From Bacteroidales bacterium (GTDB lineage: Bacteria > Bacteroidota > Bacteroidia > Bacteroidales > UBA12077), in NCBI GenBank assembly GCA_022360575.1, contig JAKSCO010000347.1, forward strand, positions 8,786-72,785: a DNA stretch of 64,000 nucleotides. The letters run 5' to 3'. Both the position numbers and the translations under genes were made by a program. Each line of letters begins with the position of its first letter. Within the stretch, counting starts at the first letter, position 1. The notes under the pieces are model-generated. The model ran no database searches and was not told the origin of the DNA. It saw only the letters and a program-made list of their open reading frames with translations. This document shows positions 55,392 through 64,000 of the stretch, piece by piece.

Positions 55392-58025
55392 ATGATTAAA
55401 AAACTATTAATTCTTTTCTTATTATTCCCATTTATGATAAATGCCCAGATTTCATACAATTTCGAAGATGGAAATATAAGTTCTTGGACACAAAGTTTGC
55501 CTAATAAATGGAGCATTACCAGTAAAAATCCTCTAAAAGGATTAATGTCTTTACAACATACTTACAATAATCCTAAGGCCGGAAGAGATCAGATATCAAT
55601 ACCATTATCTTTGTCAGATTTTACAGCTTGTAATATTACTTGGCGTTTTATAATAAAACACGCTTATAATCCATCATCGGCAAATAATTGGGGGGTATTT
55701 TTGGCTAACGATTCGGATGCTCAGCAAATGCATCCCTCGGGAATAAGCAATGGTTTTGTTATTGGGGTAAATTATAAAGGTTCTGATGATACTCTGAAAA
55801 TATGGAAAGTAAAAAACGGAACTGAGAAAATTATTTTAACAACAAAAATAAATTGGCAAACAGACATTACAACAAAGAAAGCTCCTGCTATTGAAATAAA
55901 CAAAGATTGGCAGGGAAATTGGATCGTGAGGCTTAATAGCGAAAGTAATTTCTCTGATTTAGCAGTTGTAGGAACAGCTAATGATGTTTCGAGTATTGCT
56001 GCAAATTATTTTGGGATATCTTTTAAATACAGTGCATCGCAAGATCAAAAACTTTGGATTGATAATGTATCTGTTGTTTCGAGTGATGACAATAAGCCCT
56101 CGGTTCTTGAATTTAATATTGTATCGGCAAAACAATTGATGTTAAGATATTCTGAACAAGTAGACTCTTTAGTTGCAACCAATACGAATAATTACACTCT
56201 AAATAACAATATAGGAAATCCTGATTTTATTACTATAAAAGACGAGAACAGGGAAGTTTCTTTACACTTTTTATTGGAATTAACTACCAATAACTATATT
56301 TTATCAATTAGAAATATTGTTGATATCAACAATAATAAAATAAACGATACGAGCTTAAATTTTTCTTTTTATCAATTAAATCCTTACGATATTGTAATTA
56401 ATGAAATAATGGCCGATCCTAATCCTTCAATTAAACTTCCGGAGCAAGAATATATTGAACTTTATAACACAACGAAATTTAATATTGATATCTCGGATTG
56501 GCTAATAACAATAGGAAAGAAAACCAAGATACTTCCTAAAACAACTATTTGTGCCAAAGATTATATTGTTTTATGCGATAAAGATGCTGCATCTGAACTA
56601 AAACCGTTTGGAAATATAATTGGCATTAATGGTTTTCCTTCGCTGGTAAATACAGGACAAACAATTAGCTTACAAAATAACTCTGGGAAAATAATTTCAA
56701 GCATAAGCTATTCTGACAAATGGTATTATGATAATTATAAAAAAGAAGGAGGTTGGTCGTTAGAACAGATTGATCCACTAAATCCATGTGGAAACGAAAA
56801 CAATTGGACAGCTTCAAATAATAAATCAGGAGGAACTCCAGGGGAAGAAAATTCTGTTAATGCAAAAAATCCAGATAATGAATTACCTCAACTATTACGA
56901 GCCTCTATTATAAAAAGCAATGAACTACAATTGATTTTTAACGAAAAGATAAATACTTACTCGGCACAGGATAACACGATATATAGTGTTGATAACAATA
57001 TTGGAAATCCCGATTCGGTAGGCGTTATTTCGCCTGCGGATAAACGTGTGATACTAAAATTTAATACTAACTTTAATTCAAATACGATTTACAATTTAAA
57101 AATAAAAGACAATATTTTAGATTGTGTTGGCAATAAGATTAACGAATCGGACATTACTCAATTTGCAATTCCTTTAACTGTTGAACCCAACGATATAGTT
57201 ATTAATGAAGTGTTATTTAATCCTTATTCAGGAGGGAAAGATTTTGTCGAGATTTATAATCGCTCGGATAAAATTATTGATCTTAAAACGCTATTTATTG
57301 GAGGTTATGACAACAAAACATCTGAATACAAAAAAATCAAACAAATATCAGCTGAAAACTATTTATCGTTTCCTGGCGAATATCATGTGTTAACCAAAGA
57401 CATTGAAAATATAAAGAGTTTATATCATACCGATAATCCTAATAATTTTATTGAAATACCCTATCTTGTTTCATTTAATTCGGATCAAGGTAGAATTATT
57501 TTGTTTGATAAGACTCTTAATATTATTGATGATTTTGAATACACCGAAAAGATGCATTATCCGCTACTGGTAAACGAAAAAGGTATTTCGCTTGAACGAA
57601 TTAATTACAATCGACCAACAAACGACAAAACCAATTGGCATTCAGCCTCAGAACTAAGTGGTTTTGCTACTCCTGCATATAAAAATTCGCAATTTACAGA
57701 ATCAGAAAAAATAAAGAACGAGATAAATATAAAACCTAAAGTTTTTTCGCCTAATAACGATGGTTTTGATGATATTACTAATATAAGTTTTAATCTGGGT
57801 AAACCCGGATATGTAACGAATATAAAAATATATGATACGAGAGGACGGTTAATTCGATATTTAGCAAACAACCTCCTTTTAGGTGTTAATCCTACAATAA
57901 GCTGGGACGGATTTGATGATAATAAGAATAAGGCTATAGTTGGAATATATGTTATTTACATTCAGCTATTCGATTTAACAGGAAATGTTAAGGAATATAA
58001 GAAATCGATAGTTGTTGCAACTTAA
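55392..58025 (+). CDS. Secreted protein with two lamin-tail (LTD) domains and a T9SS type B (CHU_C / gliding-motility-associated) C-terminal domain
   Basis: 877 aa with a signal peptide. The LTD signatures are IVINEIMADPNP...EYIELYNTT and IVINEVLFNPYSGGKDFVEIYNRS. The C-terminus is KVFSPNNDGFDDITNISFNL...IKIYDTRGRLIRYL...WDGFDDN. Confidence 0.75.
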   Translation: MIKKLLILFLLFPFMINAQISYNFEDGNISSWTQSLPNKWSITSKNPLKGLMSLQHTYNNPKAGRDQISIPLSLSDFTACNITWRFIIKHAYNPSSANNWGVFLANDSDAQQMHPSGISNGFVIGVNYKGSDDTLKIWKVKNGTEKIILTTKINWQTDITTKKAPAIEINKDWQGNWIVRLNSESNFSDLAVVGTANDVSSIAANYFGISFKYSASQDQKLWIDNVSVVSSDDNKPSVLEFNIVSAKQLMLRYSEQVDSLVATNTNNYTLNNNIGNPDFITIKDENREVSLHFLLELTTNNYILSIRNIVDINNNKINDTSLNFSFYQLNPYDIVINEIMADPNPSIKLPEQEYIELYNTTKFNIDISDWLITIGKKTKILPKTTICAKDYIVLCDKDAASELKPFGNIIGINGFPSLVNTGQTISLQNNSGKIISSISYSDKWYYDNYKKEGGWSLEQIDPLNPCGNENNWTASNNKSGGTPGEENSVNAKNPDNELPQLLRASIIKSNELQLIFNEKINTYSAQDNTIYSVDNNIGNPDSVGVISPADKRVILKFNTNFNSNTIYNLKIKDNILDCVGNKINESDITQFAIPLTVEPNDIVINEVLFNPYSGGKDFVEIYNRSDKIIDLKTLFIGGYDNKTSEYKKIKQISAENYLSFPGEYHVLTKDIENIKSLYHTDNPNNFIEIPYLVSFNSDQGRIILFDKTLNIIDDFEYTEKMHYPLLVNEKGISLERINYNRPTNDKTNWHSASELSGFATPAYKNSQFTESEKIKNEINIKPKVFSPNNDGFDDITNISFNLGKPGYVTNIKIYDTRGRLIRYLANNLLLGVNPTISWDGFDDNKNKAIVGIYVIYIQLFDLTGNVKEYKKSIVVAT

Positions 58026-58372
58026 AATCTATTTGCTTAATCTATAAATAGAGAGTTTAAATTCCAGAAAAATTGAGTTTATTTTCGAAGAAAAGCCTAA
58101 TTTTTAAAATTACATTGATACATAATTATGAACGCTATCTTGTTTTATTATACCTTCTTACTTTATAAACTATTGCTAATGCTTTTTACCAGATATTGTT
58201 GGGTTGTTTGTTAGCTTTTATGCTAATACTACTTTACCCGCTGATTATTTTGCTTGAAATATGTTATAATACGATACGAGAGAGCGCTCATAACTCTCAT
58301 CATCAAAATTTATTTGGTATAAATCATCAGCAACATGTTGTATGCCTTTATCCGAGTGAAAGATTAAGGGAA

Positions 58373-58398
58373 TGTCCCAAAATTACTTTTGAGACGTC
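58373..58398 (-). repeat. Copy 2 (reverse orientation) of the 26-nt hairpin ggacgtctcaaaagtaattttgggac; probable terminator of glyQS and/or a bidirectional terminator
   Basis: The reverse complement of 58373-58398 is identical to 44368-44393. It lies 31 nt downstream of the glyQS stop. On the plus strand it is followed by tgtttttgg. Confidence 0.6.
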
Positions 58399-58428
58399 CC
58401 TGTTTTTGGTTATTAATCAATAAATGAA

Positions 58429-59982
58429 TTAAAATATCTTCTTTAAAAGTTTTTTCATACTTACTTTATCATCGAGGATTTGTGCTAAACTGTTTATGTC
58501 AACTCTTTCTTGTTGCATAGTATCTCTGTCTCGAATAGTTACAGTATTGTCTTCTAATGTTGTGTGATCAATAGTAATACAGTATGGAGTCCCAATAGCA
58601 TCTTGACGACGATAACGACGTCCGATAGAATCTTTTTCGTCATATTGACAAGTGAAGTCAAATTTTAACTCATTAATAATCTCTCGGGCTTTTTCTGGTA
58701 ATCCATCTTTTTTTACTAAAGGTAACACTGCTAGCTTTATAGGTGCTAGAGCTGGGGGGATTTGTAATACTGTACGAGTATCTGATTTTCCGTTTTCTTT
58801 TTTTACTTCTTCTTCTTTTAGTCCGGCAGAAAGGATTGTTAAGAATGTTCGATCTAACCCTATTGAGGTTTCTACTACATAAGGAACATAACTTTCTCCT
58901 GACTCATGATCGAAGTACTGTATTTTCTTCCCTGAAAACTCTTGATGTTGTGATAAATCAAAATTAGTCCTTGAATGAATTCCTTCTAATTCTTTAAATC
59001 CAAAAGGAAATTCAAATTCAATATCGTAAGCAGCATTTGCGTAATGGGCAAGTTTTTCATGTTTATGAAAACGATACTTTTCAGTTGGTAAACCCATTGC
59101 TTGGTGCCATTTTATTCTAAGATCTTTCCAGTGTTCAAACCATTCCATTTCTGTTCCTGGTTTTACAAAAAACTGCATCTCCATTTGTTCGAACTCACGC
59201 ATGCGGAAAATAAATTGTCGGGCAACAATTTCGTTTCTGAAAGCTTTCCCAATCTGAGCTATACCAAAAGGAATTTTCATACGACCTGTCTTTTGTACAT
59301 TCAAATAATTTACAAAAATCCCTTGAGCTGTTTCTGGGCGTAGGTATATTTTGCTCGATCCTTCGGCTACAGATCCTAGTTGAGTATCAAACATTAAATT
59401 AAATTGACGTACATCAGTCCAGTTTTTCGATCCAGAAACAGGACAAGCAATCCCACAATCAATAATAATTTGTTTTATTTCATCTAAGTTGTCTGATTCA
59501 AGAGCTCCATTTAAACGATCTTGTATTTCGTTAATTTTTGCTTTGTTTCTTAGTACATTAGGGTTTGTTTCTAAAAACTGATCTTTATTAAAATCATCGC
59601 CAAACTTTTTACGTGCTTTGGCTACCTCTTTATCTATTTTAGCTTGATACTTCTGTATATGTTCTTCAATTAAATCATCGGCTCTATATCTTTTTTTCGA
59701 GTCTTTATTATCTATTAGAGGATCGTTAAAAGCACTTGTGTGTCCTGAGGCATTCCAAACTTCGGGGTGCATAAATATAGCAGAATCTATACCTACAATG
59801 TTTTCGTTCATTTTAACCATTGCTTCCCACCAGAATTTCTTGATGTTGTTTTTTAATTCAACACCCATTTGTCCGTAATCGTAAACTGCGCTTAAACCGT
59901 CGTATATTTCACTCGATTGGAAAATAAATCCATATTCTTTTGCATGTGCAATCAGCTTTTTAAATAGATCGTCTTGAGCCAT
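58429..59982 (-). CDS. glyQS: Glycine--tRNA ligase (class II, alpha2 dimeric type)
   Basis: 517 aa. Motifs are YGFIFQSSEIYDGLSAVYDYGQMGVELKNNIK, LRPETAQGIFVN, QIGKAFRNEI and the motif 3 context VVETSIGLDR. Confidence 0.93.
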   Translation of the reverse strand: MAQDDLFKKLIAHAKEYGFIFQSSEIYDGLSAVYDYGQMGVELKNNIKKFWWEAMVKMNENIVGIDSAIFMHPEVWNASGHTSAFNDPLIDNKDSKKRYRADDLIEEHIQKYQAKIDKEVAKARKKFGDDFNKDQFLETNPNVLRNKAKINEIQDRLNGALESDNLDEIKQIIIDCGIACPVSGSKNWTDVRQFNLMFDTQLGSVAEGSSKIYLRPETAQGIFVNYLNVQKTGRMKIPFGIAQIGKAFRNEIVARQFIFRMREFEQMEMQFFVKPGTEMEWFEHWKDLRIKWHQAMGLPTEKYRFHKHEKLAHYANAAYDIEFEFPFGFKELEGIHSRTNFDLSQHQEFSGKKIQYFDHESGESYVPYVVETSIGLDRTFLTILSAGLKEEEVKKENGKSDTRTVLQIPPALAPIKLAVLPLVKKDGLPEKAREIINELKFDFTCQYDEKDSIGRRYRRQDAIGTPYCITIDHTTLEDNTVTIRDRDTMQQERVDINSLAQILDDKVSMKKLLKKIF

Positions 59983-60293
59983 AATTAATTATTCTGAAAT
60001 TATTTATAATAGTCCACAAAAATAATTGAAATACTTTTTATATCATAACATTATTTATTTTACACAAAATGAAACTCCGCTATTGAAATTGTATAAGTAT
60101 AACAATATGATTATATGATGATAATATTTAAATAAGTGTGTTGGATATTAATACCCAAATAAAAGAGGGTTACAAACTGAAACTACTTGTGAATAGTGAT
60201 CCTTAGCATCAAAAAGCATTCTTTATAGGAAAGAAGTATAAAGAGTAGTAAATTATAAATAGATGAAAAGCTCTGTTATTTAATAACAATTTC

Positions 60294-60301
60294 TAACTTT
60301 G
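60294..60301 (+). promoter_or_regulatory. Candidate Bacteroidota -7 promoter box (TAnnTTTG)
   Basis: TAACTTTG lies 26 nt upstream of the nadB ATG. This is a motif match only. Confidence 0.3.
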
Positions 60302-60326
60302 CTCTCAAGTTTTTAAGCAAAAAAAT

Positions 60327-61907
60327 ATGATTAAAGAAACCGATTTTTTAGTAATTGGTTCAGGAATAGCAGGGTTGAGTTTTGCTCTTAAAGTAGCCGA
60401 ATTTGGAAAGGTTATTATAGTTAGTAAAACAAACCTTGAAGAATCAAATACTAAATATGCACAAGGGGGAATTGCAGCTGTTACGTATAAACCTGATAAT
60501 TTCGAAAAACACATTAAAGATACGTTGATTGCCGGAGATGGATTTTGTAATAAAGAAATTGTCGAGATGGTTATAAAAGAAGCTCCCAAACAAATAGAGC
60601 AATTAATTAATTGGGGAGTATCTTTCGATCAGAATAAATTGGGTAAATACGACCTAGGGAAAGAAGGAGGTCATTCCGAAAATAGAGTATTGCATCATAA
60701 AGACAATACGGGCGAAGAAATACAATTATCTTTAGTTGAAAAGATTCGTAATCATAAGAATATTGAAATTCTGGAAAACCATTTTGCTGTAGATTTAATA
60801 ACTCAACATCATCTGGGGAAATTGGTAAAACGAAGTCATAACAATACCGAATGCTACGGAGCCTATATTCTCGATTTAAATACCGATAAGGTAGATACTT
60901 TTTTGTCGAAAATTACCTTAATAGCTACAGGAGGGACTGGTAATTTATACGAAACAACAACAAATCCTAAAATAGCAACAGGCGATGGTATAGCAATGGT
61001 TTATCGAGCAAAAGGAATTATTGAGAATATGGAGTTTATTCAATTTCATCCTACTTCGTTATATAATCCTGGCGAAAAACCATCGTTTCTAATAACCGAA
61101 GCTCTCCGTGGATTTGGTGCTATACTAAAAACAACAAGCGGAGAAGAATTTATGCATAAGTATGACGAGCGTAAAAGTTTGGCCCCTAGGGATATTGTTG
61201 CTCGTGCTATTGATAACGAGATGAAAATAACTGGCGACGATCATGTTATATTAGATTGTTCGCATTTAGACTCGAACGACTTAAAAGAACATTTCCCAAA
61301 CATATACGAAAAGTGTTTATCACTAAATATTGATATAACCAAAGATCCGATTCCGGTTATTCCTGCAGCTCATTATACTTGTGGAGGAATAAAAGTTGAC
61401 GAAAATGGAGCAAGCACAATAAACTATTTATATGCTATTGGCGAAGCATCATCAACAGGACTACACGGAGCCAACCGTTTGGCATCAAACTCTTTGTCTG
61501 AGGCTATTGTTTATGCTAACAGAGCTGCAAAAGATTCGGCAAAACGCATTAATCAAATAAAAATTCATACCGAAATTCCCGAATGGGATTCACAAGGAAC
61601 GACATATCCTGAAGAGATGATTATGATTACTCAAAACTACAAAGAAGTGCAGCAAATAATGAGTAATTATGTTGGAATTGTACGTTCTAATCTAAGATTA
61701 GAGAGAGCTCTAAAACGATTAGAAATTATTTATAAAGAGACCGAAGAATTATACGAAAAATCCATCTTATCTCAGAAATTATGCGAACTCCGTAATTTAA
61801 TTAATGTAGGTTACCTAATTATAAAAATGGCAAAAGATTTGCACGAGAGCAGAGGATTGCATTACACTATAGACTATCCTAAAAAAGGAACTATTAGTGA
61901 ATTTTAA
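60327..61907 (+). CDS. nadB: L-aspartate oxidase
   Basis: 526 aa. Motifs are DFLVIGSGIAGLSFA, YAQGGIAAV, ATGG, FIQFHPT, HYTCGGI and GANRLASNSL. Confidence 0.93.
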   Translation: MIKETDFLVIGSGIAGLSFALKVAEFGKVIIVSKTNLEESNTKYAQGGIAAVTYKPDNFEKHIKDTLIAGDGFCNKEIVEMVIKEAPKQIEQLINWGVSFDQNKLGKYDLGKEGGHSENRVLHHKDNTGEEIQLSLVEKIRNHKNIEILENHFAVDLITQHHLGKLVKRSHNNTECYGAYILDLNTDKVDTFLSKITLIATGGTGNLYETTTNPKIATGDGIAMVYRAKGIIENMEFIQFHPTSLYNPGEKPSFLITEALRGFGAILKTTSGEEFMHKYDERKSLAPRDIVARAIDNEMKITGDDHVILDCSHLDSNDLKEHFPNIYEKCLSLNIDITKDPIPVIPAAHYTCGGIKVDENGASTINYLYAIGEASSTGLHGANRLASNSLSEAIVYANRAAKDSAKRINQIKIHTEIPEWDSQGTTYPEEMIMITQNYKEVQQIMSNYVGIVRSNLRLERALKRLEIIYKETEELYEKSILSQKLCELRNLINVGYLIIKMAKDLHESRGLHYTIDYPKKGTISEF

Positions 61908-61931
61908 ACTAAAAACTACCTAAATCACTAT

Positions 61932-63035
61932 ATGAGTAAATTAAGAAAAATATTAGCTCCTGTTTTATATCCTATAAGTTTGTTGTATGCTTTTGTGATG
62001 TACATACGTAACCGATTGTATGATTACAATATTATTAAATCCAATAAGTTTAAAATTCCTATAATATCTGTAGGAAACATTACTGTTGGCGGTACAGGTA
62101 AAACACCTCATATTGAGTATTTAATCGAGTTGTTAAAAGACGAATTTAATGTTGCTACAATAAGCCGAGGATACAAAAGAAAAACAAAAGGATTTGTATT
62201 GGCCAATCAGAACTCAACTGTAGCTGATATTGGTGATGAACCCAGACAAATAAAACAAAAATTCCCTGAAATTAATGTTGCTGTCGATGCCGATAGAACC
62301 AATGCAATAAAAACCTTAAAGAAAAAAATTGAGGACCTAGATATTGTTTTGTTAGACGATGCCTTTCAGCACCGAAAAGTAGATGTTAACTTGTCGATAT
62401 TATTGATAGATTATTCAAGACCAATAACTAAAGATTTTATATTACCTTTAGGTAATTTGCGCGAACAAGTTTCAGAGAAACGAAGAGCAAATATGATTAT
62501 AGTTACTAAAACGCCTCAAGATTTAAAACCTATAGAGCAGCGAGTAATGATGAATAATTTAGATTTATATCCTTTCCAGCATTTGTATTTTTCGTCTTTT
62601 GATTATTCTAAAATGAAACTTGTTTTCGATCAGAATACTCAGGATTTCGAGTATCAAACCTTTGCGAATTATAAAATCTTATTACTTAGCGGAATCGCAA
62701 ATCCAAAATCATTAAAAGAATATATTGCTCAAAATATCTCTGAAGATATTGTAGATCTAGAATATCCAGATCATTATAACTTCAAAAAAACAGATGTGGA
62801 GTCTATTATACAGACATTTAATTCAATCGATTCCGAAAAAAAGATCATCATAACAACAGAAAAAGATGCAATGCGTTTGCAAAAATTTAGTAATATTGCC
62901 GACGAACTTAAAAGCTCGTTTTTTTATATTCCTGTAAAGATTAAGTTTTTAAATAATCGAACAGATAGTTTTAATCAACAAATCATTGAATATGTTAGAA
63001 AAAATAAAAAACACAGCTTCCTTTATCCAGGATAA
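61932..63035 (+). CDS. lpxK: Tetraacyldisaccharide 4'-kinase
   Basis: 367 aa. The P-loop context is ISVGNITVGGTGKTP. Other motifs are SRGYKRK and LDDAFQHR. Confidence 0.9.
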   Translation: MSKLRKILAPVLYPISLLYAFVMYIRNRLYDYNIIKSNKFKIPIISVGNITVGGTGKTPHIEYLIELLKDEFNVATISRGYKRKTKGFVLANQNSTVADIGDEPRQIKQKFPEINVAVDADRTNAIKTLKKKIEDLDIVLLDDAFQHRKVDVNLSILLIDYSRPITKDFILPLGNLREQVSEKRRANMIIVTKTPQDLKPIEQRVMMNNLDLYPFQHLYFSSFDYSKMKLVFDQNTQDFEYQTFANYKILLLSGIANPKSLKEYIAQNISEDIVDLEYPDHYNFKKTDVESIIQTFNSIDSEKKIIITTEKDAMRLQKFSNIADELKSSFFYIPVKIKFLNNRTDSFNQQIIEYVRKNKKHSFLYPG

Positions 63036-63801
63036 AACAAATTTTCAACCAGAGGTTGGTATAATTTTAGGGACAGGATTAGGCGGATTGGTAAAGGAAA
63101 TCAAGATTGAACATACTATTGATTATGGAGATATTCCTAATTTTCCGGTGTCTACTGTTGCAGGTCATCACGGAAGACTTATTTTTGGCGAATTAGGAGG
63201 GAAGAAAATTGTTGCTATGCAAGGACGTTTTCATTTCTACGAAGGATATCCTATCGAAATGGTAATATTCCCTGTTAGGGTGATGAAATACTTAGGGATA
63301 AAAAATCTGTTTGTTTCAAATGCCAGTGGAGGTGTACATCCCGATTTCGAAATCGGAGATTTAATGATTATTAACGATCATATTAATCTTATTACAAATC
63401 CTTTGATTGGTGAAAATATTCCTGAATTAGGACCTCGATTTCTTGATATGAGCGAAGCTTATGATAAAGCCCTTGTAGCTAAAGCTAAGCAAATAGCTGC
63501 CGATAATAAACTTAAAGTTCAAGAAGGTTGTTACGTGGCAACAACAGGACCTACTTTTGAAACTCCTAAAGAGTATCAATATTTTAGAATAATAGGTGGA
63601 GATGCAGTAGGAATGTCTACTGTCCCCGAAGTAATTGCTGCTCGTCATATGGGAATTCCTTGTTTTGCTATTTCTATTATTACCGATTTAGGGGTTCCTG
63701 GAAAAATTGTCGAGGTAACTCACGAAGAAGTCCAGAAAGTGGCAGCAAAGGCCGAAACAAAGATGACACTTATAATGAAAGAACTAATTTCTCAAATATA
63801 A
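62992..63801 (+). CDS. Purine nucleoside phosphorylase (trimeric PNP/MTAP family)
   Basis: The track start at 62986 is a TTG; the first ATG is at 62992 (MLEKIKNTASFIQDK). Motifs are GIILGTGLGG, STVAGHHGRL, MQGRFHFYEGY, GPTFETPKE and DAVGMSTVPE. It overlaps the lpxK 3' end by 44 nt. Confidence 0.9.
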   Translation: MLEKIKNTASFIQDKTNFQPEVGIILGTGLGGLVKEIKIEHTIDYGDIPNFPVSTVAGHHGRLIFGELGGKKIVAMQGRFHFYEGYPIEMVIFPVRVMKYLGIKNLFVSNASGGVHPDFEIGDLMIINDHINLITNPLIGENIPELGPRFLDMSEAYDKALVAKAKQIAADNKLKVQEGCYVATTGPTFETPKEYQYFRIIGGDAVGMSTVPEVIAARHMGIPCFAISIITDLGVPGKIVEVTHEEVQKVAAKAETKMTLIMKELISQI

Positions 63802-63828
63802 GAACCGGGATTTAGCCCGGTTTTTTTA
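63802..63828 (+). terminator. Rho-independent terminator
   Basis: The stem is aaccggg (63803-63809) / cccggtt (63816-63822) with the loop atttag, followed by tttttt. Confidence 0.8.
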
Positions 63829-63844
63829 TAGACTTTTAATACGA

Positions 63845-64000
63845 ATGAATAAACACTCTAAATTTCAATTAAAAAACGTATTAGCAATATCTTTTGCTCA
63901 TTTGGTTCACGATACATATAGCTCTTTTCTTGCTCCTATAGTTCCTTTGCTTAAAACAAAACTAGGAATTAATAATTTCCTAGTTAGCTTGCTATTTGTA
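63845..64000 (+). CDS. Partial CDS (N-terminus only): probable MFS-type transporter
   Basis: Not in the track. From the ATG at 63845 the frame is open to the window end and reads MNKHSKFQLKNVLAISFAHLVHDTYSSFLAPIVPLLKTKLGINNFLVSLLFV. The hydrophobic TM1 with an HLxHD...LPxL-like pattern recalls Fsr-type MFS proteins. Confidence 0.45.
   Translation, partial: MNKHSKFQLKNVLAISFAHLVHDTYSSFLAPIVPLLKTKLGINNFLVSLLFV

Noticed and set aside
58196-58423. 75-aa plus-strand ORF from the track in the spacer between the LTD gene and glyQS
   Set aside because: It has a non-ATG start and odd composition. Its C-terminus (KITFETSLFLV) is simply the translation of the shared 26-nt hairpin. It shows no recognisable motif.
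1-64000. tRNA, rRNA, transposase/integrase, prophage or toxin-antitoxin/defence gene content
   Set aside because: I scanned all intergenic spacers for GC-rich cloverleaf-like segments, and all ORFs for DDE, tyrosine/serine recombinase, nuclease and ATPase defence signatures. I found none. A tRNAscan/Infernal and DefenseFinder run would be needed to exclude them formally.

Overview
This is an AT-rich chromosomal segment that looks Bacteroidota-type. The signs are a SusC/SusD pair, an ECF sigma/FecR pair, type A and type B T9SS C-terminal sorting domains, TAnnTTTG -7 boxes and methylmalonyl-CoA mutase mutAB. I support about 50 protein-coding genes. Two are partial at the window edges and absent from the supplied ORF track: 1..1037 (-) and 63845..64000 (+). 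I saw no rRNA, tRNA, CRISPR array, transposase or integrase. The left ~17 kb is the accessory-looking part. All on the minus strand, it holds a 1235-aa propeller/Y_Y_Y sensor fused to a class III adenylate cyclase and an HD domain, followed by an ECF sigma, a FecR anti-sigma, an STN-bearing SusC, a SusD, a LamG lipoprotein, a C10 (streptopain-like) T9SS protease and a Cys-Ntn hydrolase. That is a SusCD utilisation locus with proteolytic rather than glycolytic cargo. The rest is mostly housekeeping: rdgB, hflX, truC, an M16C peptidase, mutA/mutB, dusB, kbl, an aminopeptidase P family protein, lpxH, ribF, ahcY, greA, asd, glyQS, nadB, lpxK and a purine nucleoside phosphorylase. Scattered among these are smaller oddities. 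They include a HAAS-like/PadR/PspC envelope-stress module with a duplicated sensor, a four-helix-bundle (23S-IVS/Avd-like) gene wedged between mutA and mutB, two tandem TlpA-like thioredoxin-fold lipoproteins with degenerate CxxC sites, a 41-bp tandem array of palindrome-containing repeats in the hflX/truC convergent spacer, and two small dispersed intergenic repeat families. All functional calls rest on my reading of the translated motifs. No database search was run.
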